From positions 12,800 through 76,799 of the forward strand of contig SVRP01000004.1 in the NCBI GenBank assembly GCA_015064735.1: a DNA stretch of 64,000 bases. The letters are read 5' to 3'. Each line of letters starts with the position of its first letter. Positions within the stretch are counted from its first letter, which is position 1. The stretch is from Oscillospiraceae bacterium. Lineage in GTDB: Bacteria; Bacillota; Clostridia; Oscillospirales; CAG-272. This document shows positions 44,496-52,736 of the stretch, piece by piece. A model generated the notes under the pieces. The model saw only the letters and a program-made list of their open reading frames with translations, searched no databases and was not told the DNA's origin. The translations under genes were made by a program, and so were the position numbers.

Positions 44496-44533
44496 TCCCA
44501 AACGTCGCGCGCTACCAACTGCGCCACACCCCG
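44496..44533 (-). pseudogene. fragment of a second tRNA-Pro (positions 1-38 only)
   Basis: 37/38 identity to 44290-44327 (one D-loop difference). Homology stops exactly at the 3' edge of the anticodon loop. Confidence 0.85.
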
Positions 44534-44612
44534 AAAAATATAAATATTTTACCACGCCTTGATATTATATCAAAACCTTTCACTTTTGTCAACTGATATT
44601 TTACTTTTATTC

Positions 44613-44648
44613 AAAAAAAGTGTCTGCGAATTTTCGCAGACACTTTTT
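44613..44648 (-). terminator. intrinsic terminator of the EEP lipoprotein gene
   Basis: AAAAAGTGTCTGCGAA...TTCGCAGACACTTTTT hairpin with flanking A/T runs. Confidence 0.8.
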
Positions 44649-44654
44649 CATTGA

Positions 44655-46508
44655 TTATTTCTGACCAAGATTAAATTCAACGACAACGGGTGCGTGGTCG
44701 GAGAAGCTTGCAGCTTGATCTGTAAGAACTGTCTCGTAAACGTCAACAGAAACAGTATTTTTGCTGTCAAGCACGAATATATGATCAATAGATGCCTTGT
44801 AGTTTGAACCTAAGGAGTAGGGCCCGGGTATAAACAATTCAAGCTCGGGGACATAGGTTGGAGCACCGTGGCAGGAAGCGCCGTCGCTGCCTCTTACAGT
44901 GGTTGCTTCCTCATGACAATCCTTGAATTGAGCATCAAAGAGCTTTTTGCATTCTTCCGAGGATACAGTTGCATTGTAATCGCAACCGAGGAATACGGGA
45001 ATATCGGGATACAGCTCAATAACCTTATTTATTTCGCCGAGAGCGGTATCAATGTGTATCTTTCTGTTAATAGTTCCTACTTCGTTGCTTACGTTGTAGT
45101 TGGAAGAGAAGTGTGTATTGGATACAATGAACCTCTCCCCGGTCTTAAGGGACTCAAAAACAACGGTTGTTACTCCTTTTGAGTCATCAGCTGTGGTAAG
45201 TGTTCCGCTTTTATATGCAGAATCGTTCGCATACCACTGATAGTGTGTGTAGGTGGAATAGATTACTTTTACAGAGGATTCCTTGTAAAATACAGGCATT
45301 ACGTTGCCTTTTGCGCGATTGTAATCGGGAATCTCAACTTCCTTGTATCCGTTTTTTTCAAGCAGGGTCTTTATAGCACCCGATTCTCTCATTACAGGCC
45401 AATATTCATTTATGCCTATAACGTCAGCATCGAAGGCAAGATACATAGCAGCCGCATTTTCATCGCGGTTATCAATGAAATGCTCCTTGTAATCGCAAAG
45501 TCCCCAGCAGTTGTTGAACATGATTCTGTATTCGCTGTTGCTCGTGGGCACGGATTTACATTTAGCTGCATGAACATAATCGGCGCCCAAAATATCAGCC
45601 TCGATTTTTTTTACGAAAAGCTCCTTGGAGAGGAACTTGAACGCTTCCTCATAGCCGTAAAGATCATATGCGGAAATGCATAGATTACCTTCTTTTACGG
45701 AAATCTCATAATTTCCCTTGTCTATAGAGGGGGTAAGACCTCTGTTGGTTTGCCCTATAATAATTTCGTATCCGGAGGCAGGAGTTGAATCATCGATTAT
45801 TTCAAGATCAAGCCCAACCTTGTAATAAAGATGGTGCTTGAGGGAGGTAGCAACGTAGTATTCACCCTTGATAGAATCCTTTGGGAAAACTATCTTGTAG
45901 TTTTCGAGAGAATTTCCGGCACAGGTCTTTATTGGACAACCGGCTGTGCCTTCGAAGTAAAGGTCGTTTTTACTGTTATAAGCAAAATCGTCGTCAGGGT
46001 TAGCACTGAGAATTGACCTTGAAATGAAATAGCCGTATCCGGAAGTTATCGCGACCGAGTTCATACCCGTAATAACAATCTTGTTTCCGTAAAGCCCGCA
46101 GATGTAGTCGGAAGGACCTAAAAGCTGTTCGTGAGCAGAAGCGGACTCGGGTCTGTTGGTCTTGCCGATAAGAATTTCAACAGCACTTTCGACATACTCT
46201 ACGGCAGAGTCCTCTTTGCATTCAACGTAAAGGTCGAACTTCTTTAATATATCCATCTGAAGCTTGTTAGCGACTTGTTCAAGAGAATTAGCACCTTCGG
46301 GATAGATAATTACAGCATTAACATTTCCGTTTTCGCTGAGCTTAAGCTCAATACCGTTTTCATCTCCCGAAGCATCGGAGTCTGAGTGGGAAGAGCTCGG
46401 ACCGTTTGCAGAGGGTGCGTCGGTCGTCTTATCTGCCGTGTCTTTGCCGCACGAAACAATTGAAAAGACAATTATTAGTGAAAGAATTGAGGACAGTATT
46501 TTTTTCAT
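44655..46508 (-). CDS. secreted lipoprotein: two N-terminal alpha/beta modules + C-terminal endonuclease/exonuclease/phosphatase (EEP) domain
   Basis: Lipobox MKKILSSILSLIIVFSIVSC. C-terminal ...SFSDHAPVVVEF EEP hallmark. ATG 46508 preferred over 46532. Confidence 0.85.
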   Translation of the reverse strand: MKKILSSILSLIIVFSIVSCGKDTADKTTDAPSANGPSSSHSDSDASGDENGIELKLSENGNVNAVIIYPEGANSLEQVANKLQMDILKKFDLYVECKEDSAVEYVESAVEILIGKTNRPESASAHEQLLGPSDYICGLYGNKIVITGMNSVAITSGYGYFISRSILSANPDDDFAYNSKNDLYFEGTAGCPIKTCAGNSLENYKIVFPKDSIKGEYYVATSLKHHLYYKVGLDLEIIDDSTPASGYEIIIGQTNRGLTPSIDKGNYEISVKEGNLCISAYDLYGYEEAFKFLSKELFVKKIEADILGADYVHAAKCKSVPTSNSEYRIMFNNCWGLCDYKEHFIDNRDENAAAMYLAFDADVIGINEYWPVMRESGAIKTLLEKNGYKEVEIPDYNRAKGNVMPVFYKESSVKVIYSTYTHYQWYANDSAYKSGTLTTADDSKGVTTVVFESLKTGERFIVSNTHFSSNYNVSNEVGTINRKIHIDTALGEINKVIELYPDIPVFLGCDYNATVSSEECKKLFDAQFKDCHEEATTVRGSDGASCHGAPTYVPELELFIPGPYSLGSNYKASIDHIFVLDSKNTVSVDVYETVLTDQAASFSDHAPVVVEFNLGQK

Positions 46509-46797
46509 TTTGTTTTTCCTTTCATTAATCATGTGTTGATTTTGTTATCGGGAAGGTCAGGAAAATATATGATGTATAAACGCTCATATATTAAGAACGA
46601 TTTCACTTTAAATTATACATTTTTTTGTGGATTTTGTCACGCATTTTTTTGCTATATATTCGCCATTTTTTTACCTTTGACAATTAAATACAGACAAAAT
46701 TTTATAAGATGATGTATTCGACCTTGCTAAGAAATATTTCCGGAATGAATTTTTCAAAAAAATTCTTGCAAAAACGGTGGGTAATTTCAAAAAAATA

Positions 46798-46826
46798 TTG
46801 ACAGAGAAAAAAGACTGTGATATAAT
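46798..46826 (+). promoter_or_regulatory. SigA-type promoter of gdhA
   Basis: TTGACA-17 nt-TGaTATAAT. Confidence 0.65.
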
Positions 46827-46929
46827 GAACGGTAGAGTGAAAATTCGAAAACCATGGCTTTGCAAATGCAAGTCAGATAGGCTGAACTTTCATTTGCAAA
46901 GAAATTTTTACAAAGGAAGGTATACAAAA

Positions 46930-48282
46930 ATGAGTTTTAAGAATCAGTATCTTAACGAGCTTATGGAGCGCGTTGTGAAGAGAAATCCCAACGAGCCCGA
47001 ATTCCACCAGACCGTAAAAGAAGTTCTCGAGTCCATTGAGCCCGTAATCGAGGCGCGTCCCGATTACATAACCTCAGGCGTTCTTGAGAGAATGGTAGAG
47101 CCCGAAAGAATCATCAAGTTCCGCGTTCCGTGGACCGACGATAAGGGCAACGTGCAGGTAAACCGCGGATTTAGAATCCAGTTTAACAGCGCAATCGGTC
47201 CTTACAAGGGAGGACTCCGTTTCCACCCCACTGTTAACGAGAGCATTATCAAGTTCCTCGGATTTGAGCAGACCTTTAAGAACTCTCTTACCTCTCTCCC
47301 CATGGGCGGCGGTAAGGGCGGCTCCGACTTCGACCCTCAGGGCAAGTCTGACGCAGAGGTTATGCGTTTTTGTCAGAGCTTCATGACCGAGCTTTGCAAG
47401 TATATCGGTCCCGACACCGACGTTCCTGCGGGAGACATCGGAGTTGGCGCACGTGAGATAGGCTACCTCTTCGGCCAGTACAAGAGAATCCGTAACGAGT
47501 TTACGGGCGTTCTCACGGGTAAGGGACTTCCTTACGGCGGATCTCTCATCCGTCCCGAAGCAACCGGATACGGCGCGGTATACTACACCGTAGAGCTTCT
47601 TAAGTACTTCAAGGACGATATCAAGGGTAAGACCTTCGTTGTTTCCGGCTTCGGTAACGTTGCATGGGGAACCGTACAGAAGATCACCGAGCTTGGCGGT
47701 AAGGTTGTAACCATTTCCGGTCCCGACGGATACGTATACGATCCCGACGGAATCAATACCCCCGAAAAGATCGGCTATATGCTCGAGATGAGAGCATCTT
47801 GCCGTAACAGAGTTGAGGATTACGCAGATAAGTTTGGCGTACAGTTCTTCAAGGGTCAGAAGCCTTGGGGCGTAAAGGCTGATATTCTTATGCCTTGCGC
47901 TACACAGAACGAGGTTGGCATGGCTGAGGCTGAGCAGATCGTTGCTAACGGCATCAAGTACTACGTAGAGGTTTCTAACATGCCTACAACCAATGAGGCT
48001 ATGGCATATCTTAAGGCTAACGGTGTTATCATCGCTCCTTCTAAGGCGGTTAACGCAGGCGGAGTTTCCGTTTCCGGACTTGAGATGTCTCAGAACTCCA
48101 TGCGTTACAGCTGGACGGCAGAAGAGGTTGACGAGAAGCTTCACATGATCATGAAGAACATCTTCGACAACTCTATCAAGGCAGCAAACGAGTACGGTCT
48201 CGGTGATGACCTTGTTGCAGGCGCGAATATAGCAGGCTTCGTAAAGGTTGCTGAGGCTATGAAGGCTCAGGGAGCAGTTTGA
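46930..48282 (+). CDS. gdhA: NADP-specific glutamate dehydrogenase
   Basis: NPNEPEFHQ, KGGLRFHP, LPMGGGKGGSDFDP, and GFGNVAWG motifs. ATG 46930 behind AAGGAAGG. Track N-extension rejected. Confidence 0.95.
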   Translation: MSFKNQYLNELMERVVKRNPNEPEFHQTVKEVLESIEPVIEARPDYITSGVLERMVEPERIIKFRVPWTDDKGNVQVNRGFRIQFNSAIGPYKGGLRFHPTVNESIIKFLGFEQTFKNSLTSLPMGGGKGGSDFDPQGKSDAEVMRFCQSFMTELCKYIGPDTDVPAGDIGVGAREIGYLFGQYKRIRNEFTGVLTGKGLPYGGSLIRPEATGYGAVYYTVELLKYFKDDIKGKTFVVSGFGNVAWGTVQKITELGGKVVTISGPDGYVYDPDGINTPEKIGYMLEMRASCRNRVEDYADKFGVQFFKGQKPWGVKADILMPCATQNEVGMAEAEQIVANGIKYYVEVSNMPTTNEAMAYLKANGVIIAPSKAVNAGGVSVSGLEMSQNSMRYSWTAEEVDEKLHMIMKNIFDNSIKAANEYGLGDDLVAGANIAGFVKVAEAMKAQGAV

Positions 48283-48301
48283 TTAAGATTATTTAAAAAT
48301 T

Positions 48302-48333
48302 AAAATAAGGCTGTCGTCGGACAGCCTTATTTT
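48302..48333 (+). terminator. intrinsic terminator of gdhA
   Basis: AAAATAAGGCTGTC-GTCG-GACAGCCTTATTTT. Confidence 0.85.
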
Positions 48334-48348
48334 GTAGGTGGTGATACA

Positions 48349-48699
48349 GTGAATCCCGCGTGGATAGGATGCTATATAGCAATTCTCGTTGCGTTCTTTG
48401 TAATTTATGAGGAAAACCAAAGGGTAAAGTCGGTAACGGCAAAAATGATAATCGCAAAACGAAGAAAAAAAGAGGAGAAAAATCAGATGCTTGAGCTTGC
48501 AAAGAATTTTATTGGTAGGGAGTGTATGATTTACACCCTTAATTCGCAGTTGAACGGAATAATAAAAGAGGTCTGCGACGGTGCTATACTTGTGGAATAC
48601 AAGGGAAATATTGAAGCCGTAAATCTTGATTTCGTAACAAGAATACGTGAATATCCAACAAACAAAAAGGGAAAGAAAAAATCGGTTGTAATAGATTGA
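48349..48699 (+). CDS. hypothetical small protein (N-terminal TM + small C-terminal domain); start uncertain
   Basis: GTG 48349 behind AGGTGG gives a TM helix plus a basic linker. Alternative ATG 48484 behind GAGGAG would give a 71-aa soluble protein. Confidence 0.5.
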   Translation: MNPAWIGCYIAILVAFFVIYEENQRVKSVTAKMIIAKRRKKEEKNQMLELAKNFIGRECMIYTLNSQLNGIIKEVCDGAILVEYKGNIEAVNLDFVTRIREYPTNKKGKKKSVVID

Positions 48700-48717
48700 T
48701 TCCGAAAAAATTTTTGA

Positions 48718-49488
48718 TCAAAGATATTTATTTCTGTATTCCGTAGGCGTACATCCGATAGTCTCACGGAAACGCTTACAGAAATAGCTTGAGCTTTCAA
48801 ATCCGCACATCTGACCTATCTCGTTTACGGAAGCTATATTGTATTTCAGTAGCTGTTTTGCTTTGTTTATTCGTATACGGTTAAGGTCGTCCATTATGGT
48901 AGAGTGTCGCTCCTGCTTGTATATATGGCACAAAGAGAAGCGGTCCATCCCAAATTTCTCGGATATATCCAGAAGCGAAAGAGGCTTTGAGTACCCTTGC
49001 TCTAATATACGGTATATTTTGTCCGACAGCTTTTCCTTTTGTGACAGGACAGAGGATAAAAGCTCTGTTACATACGCATATCCGGCGGTAGAGCGTGTAA
49101 TTATGTCGCTTTTTCCGTTTGCAAGCTTAATAAGATGCTCGGTCTCCGTATTTAACTCGGGAGGTATTCGGAATCGCAGATAATCGCCTATGCCGATGCC
49201 GTCAAAAAAAGCTTCCGACATAGAAAAGGTGCACCATGCCGTGTAAAAATCCTCACCGTCGTAGCTGTGGGATACATGGGCGCGCATGAAAACGCCCTCG
49301 CCTTCGGATAACAAAAAGGATTCGTTTCCCACACGGTACGTTCCTACACCCTTTCTTACCCAAAGTATTTGATGGTACGCGAATCCCTCGGGGCGGACGA
49401 TCGCATTCTGCTTTGTGAAATCGCACAGCGTATTCAGACCTAAGGGTAACCATGAAAAAGCTTCTTTTTCTATTTCCGTAAATACCAT
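48718..49488 (-). CDS. AraC family transcriptional regulator
   Basis: Cupin N-domain plus AraC HTH (LLDISEKFGMDRFSLCHIYKQ...GFESSSYFCKRFRETIGCTPTEYR). Confidence 0.9.
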   Translation of the reverse strand: MVFTEIEKEAFSWLPLGLNTLCDFTKQNAIVRPEGFAYHQILWVRKGVGTYRVGNESFLLSEGEGVFMRAHVSHSYDGEDFYTAWCTFSMSEAFFDGIGIGDYLRFRIPPELNTETEHLIKLANGKSDIITRSTAGYAYVTELLSSVLSQKEKLSDKIYRILEQGYSKPLSLLDISEKFGMDRFSLCHIYKQERHSTIMDDLNRIRINKAKQLLKYNIASVNEIGQMCGFESSSYFCKRFRETIGCTPTEYRNKYL

Positions 49489-49610
49489 AACAATATCCTT
49501 ATATAAAATACAACATTTTATTATTGAAAAATGATTTTTATTGCAATATAATTATATCATAAAGGGTATAACTTGTAAACCCCAAAAATAAAAAGCTAAG
49601 GAGATTTGTT

Positions 49611-50618
49611 ATGGAAAAGGTAAGGCTTGGACTTATTGGCTGCGGAGGCAGGGCAAAAGCGCATATTAAGGGATGGCTCGCTATGGACGACGTTGAGGTG
49701 GTAGCCGTTGCTGATCCTATTGAGGAACGCAGAATGGAGGCTGCCGAAAATTTCGGATGTAAGAATATCTATAAAAATCATACGGAGCTTCTCGACAACG
49801 CAAATGGAAATATAGACGCTCTCGTTATTTGTGTTGAGCCTACGGCGCATGACGATATGGAGCTTAGGGCGGCGGAAATGGGTATTCCTTTCCTTGTAGA
49901 AAAGCCCATGTCTATAGATCTTGATCTGTGCGAGCGGATATTGAAGGCGGTCAAGGAAAAGGATCTTCTTACGTCGGTAGGATTTCAGGACAGATATCAG
50001 GATCTGACCGATATCATAAAGAACGAGCTTCCCAATCACAAAAAGGGGGGACTTGTTTACGGATCTTGGGTAGGCGGTATCCCCGGAGTATGGTGGTGGC
50101 AGAAGAAGTCCTACTGTGGCGGCCAGCTTGTAGAGCAGAATATACATCTGCTTGATGAACTTCGGTATCTCTTTGGAGAGCCTCTTTCTGTATATGCTAC
50201 CGCATCTACCGGAATCGTCAAGGCGGGTGAGCTTTGCTCTGAAGAATACGACACAGACGACCACTCCACGGCGGTTATCCGTTTTGAGAATAACGTAACG
50301 GCAACTCTTGTCAGCGGATGCTACATAAAGAAGAACGATGGAGTAAGACCCCGTTGCGGACTGTATATTACACTTGAAGATATCATTTTCGATTACCGTC
50401 TCCGCAATAATCTTATTATTGAAACGAAAAACGAAACAAGAGACATAAAGCGCGTTGAGGATCAAACCTACACCCTTGACAGAGCTTTTATTGATGCTCT
50501 AAAAACGGGAGACAGAAGTCTTATACGCTCGGATTACGAGGATGCTATGAAGAGCCTGAGACTTGGCTTTGCCGCAAATCGCTCCATGGAAACGGGAGAG
50601 GTAATTTATTTTAAATAA
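49611..50618 (+). CDS. Gfo/Idh/MocA family oxidoreductase
   Basis: MEKVRLGLIGCGGRAKAH Rossmann motif. EKP motif (FLVEKPMS). GGQLVEQNIHLLD. Confidence 0.9.
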   Translation: MEKVRLGLIGCGGRAKAHIKGWLAMDDVEVVAVADPIEERRMEAAENFGCKNIYKNHTELLDNANGNIDALVICVEPTAHDDMELRAAEMGIPFLVEKPMSIDLDLCERILKAVKEKDLLTSVGFQDRYQDLTDIIKNELPNHKKGGLVYGSWVGGIPGVWWWQKKSYCGGQLVEQNIHLLDELRYLFGEPLSVYATASTGIVKAGELCSEEYDTDDHSTAVIRFENNVTATLVSGCYIKKNDGVRPRCGLYITLEDIIFDYRLRNNLIIETKNETRDIKRVEDQTYTLDRAFIDALKTGDRSLIRSDYEDAMKSLRLGFAANRSMETGEVIYFK

Positions 50619-50637
50619 TAACTAAAAGGAGAAAAAT

Positions 50638-51390
50638 ATGAGACTTTGTGTAGCAATACCTTGTTTTTTTAAAAACGTAGACTTTTGTGATGCAATCAGA
50701 CGGGCGGCGGCTCTCGGTTATGATGCTGTAGAGACCTATAATTGGAAAACGCTTGACCTTGGCGAAGTTAGGAGAACTCTTGATGAAACCGGTGTCGAGC
50801 TTATCAGTATGTGTACTACCGAATTCAATCTTACCGATCCCGCATACCGCGATGCGTGGGTAGAGGGAATAAGGGAAACCTGTGAAGCGGCAAAAAAGCT
50901 TGGTGTCAAAAAGCTTATCACTCAGGTGGGAAAGGATACGGGAGCGCCTCGCGAGGAGCAACATGCGTCTATCGTGGCAGGACTAAAAGCAGGCGCGCCA
51001 ACTCTTGAAAAATACGGCATAACGGTTATGATCGAGCCTCTTAATACCTATGTAAATCATCCGGGCTATTACCTTTGGTCGGCAGTGGAAGCCTTTGAAA
51101 TTGTAAAAGAGGTAAATAGTCCTTGTGTAAAGGTGATATTCGATATATATCATCAGCAGGTCATGGAAGGGAATATCATACCGAATATTGTGAATAATCT
51201 TGACCTTATTGCCCATCTTCACGGTGCGGGACATCCGGGCAGAAACGAGATGCAGAACGGAGAGAGTGATTATAAGAATATAATCAAGGCTGTGGATGCG
51301 GCAGGATATACAGGAGCTCTCGGACTTGAGTATAAACCGCTTCTTGATCCTATTGAAAGCTTGAAAAAAGCAAAAGAAATTTATGGATAA
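50638..51390 (+). CDS. hydroxypyruvate-isomerase-like TIM-barrel protein
   Basis: LGYDAVE, MIEPLN, FDIYHQQVMEGN, and HLHGAGHPGRNE resemble the Hyi/OtnI family. Confidence 0.8.
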   Translation: MRLCVAIPCFFKNVDFCDAIRRAAALGYDAVETYNWKTLDLGEVRRTLDETGVELISMCTTEFNLTDPAYRDAWVEGIRETCEAAKKLGVKKLITQVGKDTGAPREEQHASIVAGLKAGAPTLEKYGITVMIEPLNTYVNHPGYYLWSAVEAFEIVKEVNSPCVKVIFDIYHQQVMEGNIIPNIVNNLDLIAHLHGAGHPGRNEMQNGESDYKNIIKAVDAAGYTGALGLEYKPLLDPIESLKKAKEIYG

Positions 51391-51490
51391 AATACTTTAC
51401 AATTAAATAAAAAAATGGTATAATAAGGCTGTGAGAGGTAGTTTGCCCAAGAGGTAAACGTTTTTCATAGCTTTATTTTTTGGAGGTCGC

Positions 51491-52531
51491 ATGAGAAAAA
51501 TTATTGCATTGTTAATGGTTATTATTATGATGTGCGTATCACTTGTTGCATGTGTGGAGAAGGAAAATAATGCACAAAATATGTCGGATACGGGTAGCTC
51601 GGATAGCACCGAAGGTCTCGGTGATTCCGAGGACAGCGAATCTGATTCCGTGTCGTCTGAGGTGCCTGCCACAAAAGAAGGAGCAAAGCTCGTCGGATTC
51701 CGAACAGCAGCAAGTCTTTACAGTGGTCCCTTTAATTCGACCGTGGGCTGGAAGGCAGCAGGAATGGGATATATAATAAAGACAAAATCCGGGAATTTGA
51801 TTGTAATAGACGGCGGTAACAGTGAAGACGCACAAAGCTTTTACAATCTTTTGCGTGAGTACAGTGATACCGAGCATATAACAATAGACTATTGGATTCT
51901 CACCCATCCCCATGGAGACCACGTAAATTGCTTGATAGAAATGAGCGAATATAAAAATATGGTCAGCAATATTACCATAAAAAACATGGTTTACTATTTT
52001 CCGGAGGGATTCAAGGATAGAAGCGGTAATACCTGTATAGCATATAAGGAGATGATAGGGAATGTAGCGAAAATCTTTAATGCTGACACGATAGAACCGA
52101 ATAACGGCAGTACGCTTCTGGTAAACGGAGCGAGAATAAAATTTCTCTACGTTCCCACCGATTACGAAAAGCTCAATAACACAAACCAATTATCATTGAT
52201 CTTTACAGTAACCACCGAAAAAAAGATAATGTTTACGGGGGATGCTTTTAACCATAGTCTTACCTTGCTTGCCAATACCAAGGGAGAAGATCTGAAATGC
52301 GATATTCTGCAGATGCCTCACCATTTTCTTTGCGATACGGGATATAAGCCGTTTTACGAATATGCTGATGCTCATACGGTCTTGCTGCCCACGTGTATAT
52401 CGGGGTATGATGCTATGAAAAACAGCGATGAGTATAAAAACAACACGGCAAATAAGGCTAATCAATTTGCCGAAAGTAATGCTGAAAAAGTGTATAAAGC
52501 ATTTGACGGAACTTTTGAGATAGACGTATAA
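51491..52531 (+). CDS. secreted lipoprotein, MBL-fold metallo-hydrolase
   Basis: Lipobox LLMVIIMMCVSLVAC. THPHGDH metallo-beta-lactamase motif. Confidence 0.85.
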   Translation: MRKIIALLMVIIMMCVSLVACVEKENNAQNMSDTGSSDSTEGLGDSEDSESDSVSSEVPATKEGAKLVGFRTAASLYSGPFNSTVGWKAAGMGYIIKTKSGNLIVIDGGNSEDAQSFYNLLREYSDTEHITIDYWILTHPHGDHVNCLIEMSEYKNMVSNITIKNMVYYFPEGFKDRSGNTCIAYKEMIGNVAKIFNADTIEPNNGSTLLVNGARIKFLYVPTDYEKLNNTNQLSLIFTVTTEKKIMFTGDAFNHSLTLLANTKGEDLKCDILQMPHHFLCDTGYKPFYEYADAHTVLLPTCISGYDAMKNSDEYKNNTANKANQFAESNAEKVYKAFDGTFEIDV

Positions 52532-52736
52532 CAAACATTGTGGTATTTTTAACGATTTTTACAAAAATATTTTAAAAAAATAGTACAAGGTTACAAAAAT
52601 TAGAAAATTTTGCTAAAAGACTTGTATATTTGAAAAAAATGAGTTAAAATATATAATTGAGAATAAAGGACATGCCCTAGGTATGCCGTTTTCAAAAAAG
52701 TCAAAAAATTTTTTAAATAAATGGAGGATTTTTACC

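Noticed and set aside
47074-48144. 356-aa minus-strand ORF inside gdhA
   Set aside because: Antisense shadow. The gdhA frame is unambiguous.
49596-50465. 289-aa minus-strand ORF opposite the Gfo/Idh/MocA gene at 49611
   Set aside because: Antisense shadow. The plus frame has the Rossmann and EKP motifs and a proper RBS.
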